Shown: piece after piece, positions 1 to 11,232 of the stretch
Numbering within the stretch: the stretch's first letter is position 1
How the letters are laid out: every line of letters begins with the position of its first letter
Source of the DNA: Nemertoderma westbladi
Lineage: Eukaryota; Animalia; Xenacoelomorpha
DNA: 39,744 bases
Assembly (NCBI GenBank): GCA_032718475.1
Contig: JAUCBJ010001052.1
Coordinates: forward strand, 1-39,744
Direction of reading: 5' to 3'
Notes under the pieces: generated by a model
What the model was told of the DNA's origin: nothing
The model's database searches: none
What the model saw: the letters and a program-made list of their open reading frames with translations, nothing else
Translations under genes and position numbers: made by a program

Positions 1-578
1 TGCATATTACTAGCTGTTAACTGTTTATTGAAGTTGTCTTGCCTCTCTTGAAGATTTTCCAACTCTAGTTGGGTTGCCTCTTCAGATGCTCTCCGTTCTG
101 CTTCCGCCACCGCTGCCGCTTTTACCTCTGCCGCTGCCGCTTTTGCCTCTGCCTTTGCTTCTGCTGCTGCTTTTGTTGCCTTTGCCTCTGCTTCTGCTGC
201 TGCCGCTTTTGCCTCTGCCGCTGCTTCTGCCAAGGTCGCTTTTCTTTCCGCCTCTGCCACTGCTGCTATCTTTCTGTCTTCTATACGTTTTTTCTTTACT
301 TGTTCTTCTTGTTCTCTAGCGATGCGGAGTTGTTCATCGAATTTAGCTTGGTTCGCCGCTAACCTATCCACATCAATCGCATCTAACACGAGTTTGGCTC
401 CTTCGCTATTAGGGCTAAGTCCCTCTAGCCTTCTCCTCAACTCTTCATCTCCCAAAAAACGCTGATAGTCTGACAGATAGATGTCAATGGCATCCCTCTT
501 ATGCGGTTTCTCTGCTGTCACTTCACTCTCGGTTGTATCTAGTAGACTGTCTGACAGGTTCTGCTTTGCGTCAGACAT
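1..578 (-). CDS. Partial ORF (>=192 aa, open at left edge), Ala/Glu/Lys-rich coiled-coil protein; possibly ORF1/gag of a retroelement
   Basis: ATG at 578 reads MSDAKQNLSDSLLDTTESEVTAEKPHKRDAIDIYLSDYQRFLGDEELRRRLEGL...AEAAAEAKAAAAEAEAKATKAAAEAK...LQERQDNFNKQLTASNM with no stop to base 1. The plus-strand Cys/Leu/Pro ORFs at 69-362 are its antisense shadows. Confidence 0.7.
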   Translation of the reverse strand, partial: MSDAKQNLSDSLLDTTESEVTAEKPHKRDAIDIYLSDYQRFLGDEELRRRLEGLSPNSEGAKLVLDAIDVDRLAANQAKFDEQLRIAREQEEQVKKKRIEDRKIAAVAEAERKATLAEAAAEAKAAAAEAEAKATKAAAEAKAEAKAAAAEVKAAAVAEAERRASEEATQLELENLQERQDNFNKQLTASNM

Positions 579-709
579 GCTTATGTGTACAGTTGAATGT
601 CTACTGCCGTATTACAGTCTGAGCAAGTCTAGTAACTCAGTATTAACTGCTAGCCTAGTAATTAATCACCGGTACTGCTACTCAGTGTAGCGTGATATAT
701 ATAATATAT

Positions 710-955
710 TAGAATACCGGTATGCTTATAGTATATATAACTATTATTACAGACTAGGTTTATCACCGAATACCGGTATAATTTTAGCACAAATATATAT
801 AAATATATAATAGGCCTATCTGGAATACCGGTATACAGCTTACAGTCTGTAGGATATATAATTCTGAAATAGAATTAATTACACGTACCGGTATAATTTC
901 AGCCTAGATTTATAGGAATAAAGATAATAGGCCTATCGTAAATACCGGTATATCA
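710..955. repeat. Degenerate ~55-60 bp tandem repeats centred on AATACCGGTAT
   Basis: TACCGGTAT recurs at about 715, 771, 826, 886 and 944 with similar flanks (TAGGCCTATC, ATAATTT). Confidence 0.55.
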
Positions 956-1889
956 ATTATTTTAAAATAACTGAATTTCTGAACTTTAGGGTTACTTGGT
1001 TACTTACTTACTTTATTACCGTTATTTGAGCAGTAGTCCAACTTATATTGAGACCTAATGTTTGTATTGTAGGCCTACGATTTATAAATCGTTAGATTTG
1101 ATTTATAATATATATATACCCGTTTTAATGGGTTTTGTCAATGTTTGAAATAAATGTTATTATTTCTGGGGGTAATCACTACACAAAGCGGTGCGCTTTC
1201 AGTGAAGTGTTACTTATGAGACACTAAAACAAATAATTCTAATTTACCTAAGTTACTTAATACTACAAATTACGTACAATTCGGGTGAGATTACAATCTC
1301 TAAATAAACACAAAATTTTACAAAAACGCAAAATACGAATTTTTAGGGTAATTTTACAAGAATTCTACAAACCAGCCTAACAAAGGGTTAGAAAACCGGT
1401 TATTACAGCGGACAGGGTACTACGGTATTTGAAATAATAAGTAGTAGTAAATACACTGCGTTGTCTAGATAGGAAAATGCCACCGCCTGACGACCTATAG
1501 CCGTATCGCTATAGGTTCTACGTTATGTATCACGGAGTGTTCCTACCTAGAAGTTAATAGAGCTAATCGAATGTGCCTATCAACCACTTTACAACACAAA
1601 TATAATGTCTACAATAATTACTTCTCGGAAAGCACTGTACACTAAACCCTAAATTAGGTACGAGTACTTGCACAACAGTTAATCAGTAATTAAATATACT
1701 TGAACAGCTAAAAGAACCACGGCATCTGCTGGAGTGACCGATGCACAAAATCACCAGTCTTTACCTACGCCGAGCAGCCCGTGTAGTACCGAGGTTAATT
1801 TAACTATAGCGGTATGTATAACAAACACAATTACTGTAGGAACAAACTTGGGGACTTGAATGTTGCGAATAATCGCATAAACTCTGAAT

Positions 1890-2462
1890 AATAAATATTA
1901 CGCTACGCGTACAAACTACTCAAACAAAATACAGACCGAACACTGACAGACTACTATCAAGCCTAAACAAACTACGGTATATGCAGACTCCGAAATGATT
2001 AGGGAGTATGCGCTCTAACCCAGTAGTGCGACTTATTCTTTAGTTGGGGGTTTACCTTACAGTGTTCACTGCCCCTACTGCCTAATCGTACTTAATCGGA
2101 CAGATGATCTACACACGCAGCAATCCGTTCAGACCTAATAACAGCCAGACAACTATCCAGCCTACAAATTATCTAAATAAAATTATACGCTACCCGTACA
2201 GACTTACACAAACAAAGTACAGACTAAACGATGGCAGACTACTCTCAAGCCTAAATAAACTACAGGACATGCAGACTCCGAAATGATTAGGGAGTATGCG
2301 CTCTAACCCAGTAGTGCGACTTATTCTTTATCTGGGGGATTACCTTACAGCGTTGCTGCCCCTACTTCCTAACCGTACTTAATCGGACAAGTGCTCTACA
2401 CACACTGCAATTCGTTCGGACTTAACAGCAATCAGACAACAGCTCAGCCTACAAATTGTCTG
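1890..2462. repeat. Tandem duplication, ~288 bp period, 2 copies
   Basis: CGAAATGATTAGGGAGTATGCGCTCTAACCCAGTAGTGCGACTTATTCTTTA at 1991 and 2279, with alignable flanks on both sides. Confidence 0.9.
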
Positions 2463-4009
2463 TACAATCTGATCAGGCTTACACGCCTTCTGTTCAATAC
2501 TGGCCTACAAATAAATAAAACTTGACAGAAATAAGTAAAATCTCAATAAAAACCAGGCGTCCCCGATTAATTATTAAGACCTACTGGTATATAACAATCA
2601 AAATCGAATAATACTGCTGTAGGTACCGGTCCGGATGATCAGGCAGTCAGGCCTACTGGTTACCGGTCGACCGGTACTTTCGACTTTATTGCTTACTGCA
2701 ATAAAGAAGCTATATCCTTTAATGTTCGCGCTTTCAGACCTTTGGCAGTTTAACCCACCAAATTAAGATGTCTTCTAGATATTAAATCAGTTTTTAGTCT
2801 ATGACAAGTATTTGATTCACTACACTAGTCGAAACCAATCCGTGCGCGACCATTCACCCGCTGGAAATTCCCGGGAGATTGGGTTCGACGGTTTAATTTT
2901 ATTGCTATGTAAGCCTAATGTATTATTCGACTGACAGTATTATATAATCTCTGACAATATTATTCACCTTCGGGAATATTAACAGTTCCTTTAGGACGTG
3001 GCGCTTTATCTATATAAACAGAGTTATGACTTAAACCACTCACAACGATATGGCTTAATTATAATTCACATATATGGCGCATTCTTTAGGAATGCTTCTT
3101 TAACAGACTCACTCATACACAATGCTGCACAATACTGCACACTAATCTGCCGATCTTCACTGATTTTAGTCACATATATAAGGAACACAGACTGGCTCAT
3201 GTAGGGTCTATCAAATAACATTAGATTCACTTCAAACCACTTTAACATAAGTCACAATCGTTTATCTGTAACCCTTCTCTCTTACCTTCGGTATATCAAG
3301 AACATTGGGTTTCGGGGTTGTTTATCGTTATTCCAAATATAATTATTCATCAACCATATTATGAAGAACTGACGGTAAATAGCAGTATAACAATATAAAG
3401 GTATGCACAATGTTACACAGTATGCAGTGTATGCAGTACTGCAGTATGCAGACATCAGTCATCAGTATGCAGTGATTCCATGAGTCAGGTAGGTGCGTTA
3501 AAGGATATATGCCCTTTATAATTAAACCTACTAGTGTAAGACTAAAAACTAAAACACGGAGGTGCCAAAGCCGGTTCTTAGGCTCTGGACAAAAACAATA
3601 ACACTGAACTACTGAGTTTCTGTATATACCTCCAACACAGAGATAACAAACGCTCTGATTGGTCAACCTGAACAACGAGAGAACAGAGAAACAAAGAAAC
3701 GTCGACGTGGCAATATCAGCTGCTAGCCGTCGTCATGGTAGCGACACTGTTTTCAAGAGTATCGTGCTTTTACGTCACGGAATTACGGATTATGTCCTCT
3801 AAAGTACAAATACAGAAGAAATAGCTCTTATGTCCGCTAAAACACCAGTACAGCAAGGACACGGCCTTTTTATGCCTGGTAAACCAACTACAGAGTACTT
3901 TACGGGAAAAATAAGGAAAAATAACCGGACAATTCAGTAAAAGCTTTTACACCTGCTCCTTTACTAACCTGCTTGGTTATGTAGGCAGACTGGACTTACT
4001 GACGGAATG

Positions 4010-4350
4010 GCACGGCCCTAACGCTAGGCTGCCAGGACCTAACGCCACGGACCTAATGCTACTGCCAGGACCTAAAAGCTAGGTACCAGGCCACCAGGAC
4101 CTAAAGCTACCGGGACTGGCTGACTAGTATCTGGCTGTCTGGCTATAATAGCCATAAATATATCATCTAGCTATCTAGGCCTACCGCCTATTGGCAACCA
4201 GTAGTCATTCTGTCTGTCATTAGCCTATAGGCCTATAAATTAATAAATTGGGCTAATATATAAAAGTTGTGCTTGAAATGGAAACATTTTTGAGAATCTC
4301 TTTAGTATGGACAATGTAGCCTGGCAGCCTGGTAGCGTTAGGTCCACACA
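4010..4350. mobile_element. Degenerate MITE-like inverted repeat with GGACCTAACGC subterminal repeats
   Basis: CCTAACGCTAGGCTGCCAGG near 4017 versus CCTGGCAGCCTGGTAGCGTTAGG near 4320; several GGACCTAA repeats at 4036-4110. Confidence 0.5.
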
Positions 4351-5086
4351 TCTGTATAATTTAGGCAGTTACTGAGTTAAGTCAGTAGCAGTAGGTCATC
4401 AGGTCACGTATCGTTTAGGTCCCATAGCTGGAGGTCCTCGGTTTTTGTGTCACTCGCTTGCTCATTAATCAATCCCAGTTTGAAGTAAATAGTCTGAGTA
4501 TTTATGTGAATGATATTATGAAACTCGTCTTGATACACACGCTTGTTCAGGTGGAGTCGTCAACATTTATATGTACATACAATAGTACTGTACAGTAACG
4601 CATACAGATTGTACCAGATACCGTCAGTATCGTAACAGTACAGATTGGCGCGGTACTCCTTCAAATTTTACCTGGCGTGGGCAATTTTCATAATGCAGTA
4701 ACCGGTAATGTGTCTGGACCTGGTGCACATGATATATTTATCAATAATATACTGGACTGTGGGTCAATTTAACCCAAACGGTCCTGGGTGTAACCTGAAT
4801 CAAACGGTCTTCGGCGAGTTAATGAAGACACACCTCTTTAAAGTTAAACTACATTATGGATGAACGTTAATGGAGATTATTTTTTTCTATTAATTATTTA
4901 ATTATTTAACGAGCAATTTCTTGAATTTTATTACACATTTTGTAAATAGCTAATACTGTACATTGTAATAGCCTCAATTATTTTATTGGTATTGTTTTGT
5001 TTTGGTCTGTTTTATTTGAGTGATGATACTGTATGTGTCTTGTTTTTTAACTATCGCATATTGTGCCTTTGAATGAACAGAACGTA

Positions 5087-5555
5087 AAAGTGAAGTTGCG
5101 TCTCGGCAAAAGATAAAGATAAATAATAGATGTTTTATATATCGATGTCGTTGCCTTTCGTCAAAAAAGGTGCGATTCTGCAAAAAAAAAAAAAGCATTG
5201 TGTAAAAATTTGGGCGGGGGGGGGGGGGTGGGTTGCGCCTCAATAACGACACTATATTCTACATAGGACATGGTGTATTTTCGGTATATTACTGGGATAC
5301 ATTATACTGTGTAATGAATGTATCTTCAATCTACAGTATATTATAGTGGTGTACTGTTAAGTTACTGTTACTGTAGTTACTGCTACTTACGTATTGTATT
5401 TACTGATTATCCAATAGTCATGATGTGTATTTATCATAAAGTGAAGTTGCGCCTCGTCAAAAAATAAAGATAAATAATATATGTGTTATATATCGATGTC
5501 ATTGCCTTTCGTCAAAAAAGGTGCGATTCTGCAAAAAAAGGCATTGTGTAAAAAT
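5087..5555. repeat. Two ~120-bp direct repeats (5087-5209 and 5438-5555)
   Basis: AAAGTGAAGTTGCG...TTGCCTTTCGTCAAAAAAGGTGCGATTCTGCAAAAA...GCATTGTGTAAAAAT occurs twice. Confidence 0.85.
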
Positions 5556-5619
5556 ACCTACCTTTTGAGAGGCACCCAGCACTTGGTACCCTGATTGGAT
5601 CGTAATGTCACCAGGGCAA

Positions 5620-8343
5620 CCGCTCCTCCCTATAACACCCGCTGTGGCTCCAGCTCCACCAGCTTCAGCCCAATCCAACTGCTCCTCCCTATAGCACCCG
5701 ATGTGGCTCCAGCTCCACCCTTCCACCAGCCTCAGCCCAATCCCACTGCTCCTCCCTATACCACCCGCTGTGGCTCCAGCTCCACCCTTCCACCAGCATC
5801 AGCCCAATCCAACTGCTCCTCCCTATTTCAGCCGCTGTGGCTGCAGCTTCAGTCCAATCCAACTGCTCCTCCCTATACCACCCGCTGTGGCTCCAGCTCC
5901 ACCCTTCCACCAGCCTCAGCCCAATCCAACTGCTCCTCCCTATACCACCCGCTGTGGCTCCAGCTCCACCCTTCCACCAGCCTCAGCCAATTCCAACTGC
6001 CCCTCCCGATACCATCCGCTGTGGCTCCAGCTCCACCCTTCCACCACCCTCAGCCCAATCCAACTGCTCCTCCCTATACCACCCGCTGTGGCTCCAGCTC
6101 CACCCTTCCACCAGCCTCAGCCCAATCCAACTGCTCCTCCCTATACCACCCGCTTGGCTCCAGCTCCACCCTTCCACCACCCTCAGCCCAATCCAACTGC
6201 TACTCTCTATACCACCCGCTGTGGCTCCAGCTCCACCCTTCCACCAGCTTCAGCCCAATCCAACTGCTCCTCCCTATACCACACGATGTGGCTCCAGCTC
6301 CACCCTTCCACCAGCCTCAGCCCAATCCAACTGATCCTCCCTATACCACCCGCTGTGGCTCCAGCTCCACCCTTCCACCAGCCTCAGCCCAATCCAACTG
6401 CTCCTCCCTATACCACCCGCTGTGGCTCTAGCTCCACCCTTCCACCAGCCTCAGCCCAATCCAACTGCTCCTCCCTATACCACCCGCTGTGGTTCCAGCT
6501 CCACCCTTCCACCAGCCTCACCCCAATCCAACTGCTCCTCCCTATACCACCCGCTGTGGTTCCAGCTCCACCCTTCCACCAGCCTCATCCCAATCCAACT
6601 GCTCCTCCCTATACCACCCGCTGTGGTTCCAGCTCCACCCTTCCACCAGCCTCACCCCTATCCAACTGCTCCTCCCTATACCACCCGCTGTGGTTCCAGC
6701 TCCATCCTTCCACCAGCCTCAGCCCAATCCAACTGCTCCTCCCTATACCACCCGCTGTGGCTCCAGCTCCACCATTCTACCAGCCTCAGCCCAATCCAAC
6801 TGCTCCTTCCTATACCACCGCTGTGGCTCTAGCTCCACCCTTCCATCAGCCTCACTCCAATCCAACTGCTCCTCCCTGATACCACCCGCTGTGGCTCCAG
6901 CTCCACCCTTCCACCAGCCTCAGCCCAATGCATCTGCTCCACCCTATACCACCCGCTGTGGTTCCAGCTCCACCCTTCCACCAGCCTCAGCCCAATCCAA
7001 CTGCTCCTCCCTATGCCACCTGCTGTGGTTCCAGCTCCACCCTTCCATCAGCCTCAGCCCAATCCAACTGCTCCTCCCTATACCACCCGCTGTGGCTCCA
7101 GCTCCACCCTTCCACCAGCCTCAGCCCAATCCAACTGCTCCTCCCTATACCACCGCTGTGGCTCTAGCTCCACCCTTCCATCAGCCTCACCCCAATCCAA
7201 CTGCTCCTCCTGATACCACCCGCTGTGGCTCCAGCTCCACCCTTCCACCAGCCTCAGCCCAATGCAACTGCTCCACCCTATACCACCCGCTGTGGTTCCA
7301 GCTCCACCCTTCCACCAGCCTCAGCCCAATCCAACTGCTCCTCCCTATGCCACCCGCTGTGGCTCCAGCTCCACCCTTCCACCAGCCTCAGCCCAATCCA
7401 ACTGCTCCTCCCTATACCACCCGCTGTGGCTCCAGCTCCACCCTTCCACCAGCCTCAGCCCAATCCAACTGCTCCTCCCTATACCACCCGCTGTGGCTCC
7501 AGCTCCACCCTTCCATCAGCCTCAGCTCCAATCCAACTGCTCCTCCTGATACCACCCGCTGTGGCTCCAGCTCCACCCTTCCACCAGCCTCAGCCCAATC
7601 CAACTGCTCCTCCCTATACCACCCGCTGTGGTTCCAGCTCCACCCTTCCACCAGCCTCAGCCCAATCCAACTGCTCCTCCCTATACCACCCGCTGTGGTT
7701 CCAGCTCCACCCTTCCACCAGCCTCAGCCCAATCCAACTGCTCCTCCCTATACCACCCGCTGTGGCTCCAGCTCCACCCTTCTACCAGCCTCAGCCCAAT
7801 CCAACTGCTCCTCCCTATACCACCGCTGTGGCTCTAGCTCCACCCTTCCATCAGCCTCACCCCAATCCAACTGCTCCTCCTGATACCACCCGCTGTGGCT
7901 CCAGCTCCACCCTTCCACCAGCCTCAGCCCAATGCAACTGCTCCACCCTATACCACCCGCTGTGGTTCCAGCTCCACCCTTCCACCAGCCTCAGCCCAAT
8001 CCAACTGCTCCTCCCTATGCCACCCGCTGTGGTTCCAGCTCCACCCTTCCACCAGCCTCAGCCCAATCCAACTGCTCCTCCCTATACCACCCGCCGTGGC
8101 TCCAGCTCCACCCTTCCACCAGCCCCAGCCCAATCCAACTGCTCCTCCCTATGCCACCCGCTGTGGCTCCAGCTCCACCCTTCCACCAGCCTCAGCCCAA
8201 TCCAACTGCTCCTCCCTATGCCACCCGCTGTGGCTCCAGCTCCACCCTTCCACCAGCCTCAGCCCAATCCCACTGCTCCTCCCTATGCCACCCGCTGTGT
8301 CTCCAGCTCCACCCTTCCACCAGCCTCAGCCCAATGCAACTGC
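5620..8343 (+). repeat. 67-bp C-rich satellite, ~40 copies, with higher-order variants
   Basis: Unit CCACCCGCTGTGGCTCCAGCTCCACCCTTCCACCAGCCTCAGCCCAATCCAACTGCTCCTCCCTATA. The consensus unit has no stop in any plus frame, which explains the stacked ORFs with a 67-aa period. Confidence 0.97.
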
Positions 8344-8391
8344 AGAGGCCAAAGACGAGGACAATCATATAATATATTATTAGGATTATAA

Positions 8392-9084
8392 GGTGTACGG
8401 ACAATACCGACCCGGACAATTCCGACCCGGATAATTCCGACGCGGACATTTCCGACCAGGATAATTCCGACGCGGACAATTGCGACCCTGACTAGTCCGA
8501 CCCACTCAAAGATCGAATTAAATTTTCATGGGTCGGAATTGCCCGGATCCACCATAGGACAATTCCAACCCAAATAATTTAAAAATAATAAAGATAATAA
8601 ATAATAATTCTATTTAACATTACATTGTTTTATTATTCAACATTACATTGAGGCCATTGAGGCTGTGTCCATGGATAATATGATAATATCCATTGGATAT
8701 TATTCGTTCGACACGCTTGCTATGTAATTTTATAGTTACATAGTACTTTTCGAATTGAATATATTCGGCATTATAGTGTGTTTACGGCACACCACCGAAA
8801 TTTTCATACTATAGCTAGTCTTTGCTACGTTTTTGAAATGTTCTAAAACATATATTACTGTAGCTATCAATTAAGAAAAATATTAGTGTTCTGGAACACA
8901 GATTTTTGTAATCGATTTCAGGTTATTTTTATTAATTATTTTTATTTTTTGGATCCAGACAATTCCGAACCTCACAATTCCGTCCTAGGTTAGAAATGTC
9001 CGGGTAGAAATTGTCCGGGTAGGAATTGTCCGATTCGGAATTGTCCGAGTCGGAATTGTCCGAGGTCGGAATTGTCCTTGCTTC
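8392..9084. mobile_element. MULE/Mutator-like MITE with 15-bp subterminal repeats
   Basis: Arrays of GGACAATTCCGACCC at left and its reverse complement at right; 9-bp TSD GGATTATAA (8383-8391) / GGATAATAA (9085-9093) with one mismatch. Confidence 0.8.
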
Positions 9085-9316
9085 GGATAATAAGTAGAAT
9101 ATGACAGACTACTTAATAGCCTAACTATCGCGACTTTTATGCCGAGTCGCACCTTTTTTCCGAAACACCACCCTTGCACTCTAGGGGGGCACATAGCCTG
9201 TGGTGGGGGTGTTTTCGACTTTTCACTCAGATATATAATATCGTATTCTTTATTTATTTTCCATATAGAAATATTATACGATATACTTTAAAACAACCGT
9301 ATAGCAGAATATTTAA

Positions 9317-9892
9317 CCCTATCTGGCCCGGACTAAATGGTCCAGTGGGGGGGGGGGGGGGGGGGGGGGTGGTCATTTTATAAATATTTTAGAACTTTGG
9401 CTCAAAAAATTACAATTTTGATGGTATAAGGGTTTTTGAGGTCGCTGATCACGATGACGTTAGTTTTAAATATCCGGTAAAGCAAATCCATTTTTGGTGC
9501 CATTCTGGTGCCCCAGAACGAAAAGTACAAGTAGGCCTAGCACAAAATTATAAACTGTTAAATTTTACAAATATAAAATTTGGATGGATAATACGATATT
9601 TTTCGGTGTCATATTCGTTTTCACCGTACTAGTTAACCCATAATATCTAACAATCAGGTTGATTTGGTTATGATTTTTGATTATCAAATGTGTGCTTCAA
9701 TTGTATTTTTGGTGCGCACATTGACACAAATATTAAAATGCCCTAATCTTCAATATACGATATATTTCAGTGTCATATTCCATTCATGATCAGCTTCCTA
9801 AAACCGTTATATAGTGGATATAAATAATGTTAGTGAGCCAAAAATTTTTTGAAAATTTTAGGAAAAGTCACGCAGACAATAGGTCAATAGGG
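9317..9892. mobile_element. piggyBac-type MITE
   Basis: TTAA|CCCTATCTGGCC ... GGTCAATAGGG|TTAA. The interior belongs to the GCTGATCACGA repeat family also seen at 14385-15020 and 30620-31015. Confidence 0.7.
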
Positions 9893-10362
9893 TTAATATA
9901 AAAGGTGACGGGAGGTAATTCGGAATTTAGTGAAATATATAATGCGGTGTAGGCCTAGCTAGGGATTTAAATAATAAAGTAAATAAATGCCGTTGCAATA
10001 ACAACAGCATCACAGCATCTTGTAAACGAGGCCCGTATTAAATATAGAAAGTCTTACGGAATTCGAGACATGACTAGAAATTAAGTCAGTCAAAAATTCT
10101 AGCAAGTCTCAGCCAGAGAGACAGTAAAAAATTTGGAAACAGAAATGTAGCGGCAACGAAAGTGACACTGGTAATACTGATATCAATATACTTTCGAGAA
10201 ACATTACAGGGAATTAAACAGTAGTGGTAAAGATGATTTTAATAATAATAAGTGAATTGTTGTGGGGTGAGTGACGCGGTGAATTAAATATACAATGTAA
10301 ATAAGACAATATGATAATGCTCTCCATAGCGAAAAATATCAACCGGCCCTATTGGGGCTCGA

Positions 10363-10406
10363 ACCCGGTACCTAGGTTTCAAACTTCTGGTTATCATCAG
10401 CCGGGT
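10363..10406 (-). ncRNA. Minimal type-I hammerhead ribozyme
   Basis: Minus strand ACCCGG-CUGAUGA-UAACCAGAAGUUU-GAAA-CCUAGG-UA-CCGGGU: 6-bp stem I, complete core, palindromic minimal stem III, GUA cleavage triplet. Confidence 0.85.
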
Positions 10407-10716
10407 GAGAGACGGGTTCGAGCCCCAATAGGGCCGGTTGATATTTTTCGCTATGGAGAGCATTATCATATTGTCCTATTTACATTATATATTTAATTCA
10501 CCGCGTCACTCACCCCACAACAATCACTTGTTATTATTAATTAACAGCCTGGGCCAGGCATACGGGGTTCTAGTTGTTTCTACACCACTGTATAATAGTT
10601 ATTCTTTGAGGCATCGTTGCCATTTCTGGCAGAGCACGGGAATAACGAAGCTGTACTTTCCTTTGAGTGATTAGTTGGCCTAAATATGATTTCCCACTCC
10701 ATAGCGAAATATTCAT

Positions 10717-10804
10717 CCGGTCTGGTAGCTCAGTACACTCACCCGGCTGATGATAACCAGAAGTTTGAAACCTAGGTACCGGGTTCGAGCCCCAATAGGG
10801 CCGG
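10717..10804 (+). promoter_or_regulatory. tRNA-like Pol III internal promoter (A box and B box) enclosing the hammerhead
   Basis: Partial A box TAGCTCAGT 10726-10734, B box GGTTCGAGCCC 10782-10792, acceptor-like pairing CCGGTCT/GGGCCGG. A second B box at 10415-10425 follows GTGAG-AGAC. Confidence 0.6.
10741..10784 (+). ncRNA. Minimal type-I hammerhead ribozyme (identical second copy)
   Basis: Stem I ACCCGG/CCGGGT, CTGATGA 10747-10753, GAAA 10767-10770, CCTAGG; predicted cleavage after A10778. Confidence 0.85.
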
Positions 10805-10944
10805 TTGATATTTTTCGCTATGGAGAGCATTATCATATTGTCTTATTTACATTGTATAAAGATGATTTTGTTGGTACTGTTGTAACTTGGCTACAGTAAG
10901 TACTAATATCTCGATAAATTAATCTAGGAATAACTTTAAAAACT

Positions 10945-11040
10945 TTTTATGTGAACCATTATGAAGAAGAGGAGGTACATTAGGCTATTCAAAATCTCAA
11001 AAAGGGGAAAGCTCATGGGGATGATACGATAAGCTCTTAT
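10945..11040 (+). pseudogene. Decayed non-LTR retrotransposon RT N-terminal fragment
   Basis: Reads EEEVH*AIQNLKKGKAHGDDTISS, matching the LINE motif I..LK.GKA.G.D.I. Confidence 0.6.
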
Positions 11041-11232
11041 GGGGAATGTCTTAAGTGGTTAAACTATTGAGTGTTGTCATCTCAAATATAATTTTACATG
11101 CTACTACAAAAAGTGGGCGTGGCAGAAAATTTTGAAATATCCACCACATTACAAGAAATCTGAAATGAGTTGGGGGACAACTGATAGGAGCCTCGTCATT
11201 CGTCTGGCCAAAAAATTAAAAAATGATTTCTA

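Larger units (their letters stand above)
10241..10856 (-). mobile_element. Non-autonomous hammerhead-bearing retroelement (Penelope pLTR/retrozyme-like) with tRNA-derived parts and inverted duplication
   Basis: 13-bp TSD TAAAGATGATTTT (10228-10240 and 10857-10869); (TTA)n tail at 10241; 10241-10540 is a long hairpin; ~10737-10856 is an inverted copy of ~10290-10409. Confidence 0.8.

Noticed and set aside
69-362. Cys-rich and Leu/Pro-rich plus-strand ORFs
   Set aside because: Antisense shadows of the Ala/Glu/Lys-rich minus-strand ORF.
1487-1522. CTGACGA followed by a perfect hairpin
   Set aside because: No GAAA after the stem, so the hammerhead core is incomplete.
2553-2566. Possible primer-binding site (minus CGGGGACGCCTGG)
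   Set aside because: Lacks the canonical TGG start and an adjacent CA LTR end; cannot be matched to a tRNA by eye.
10717-10804. Functional tRNA gene
   Set aside because: The D arm is truncated and the anticodon arm is replaced by the hammerhead; tRNA-derived only.
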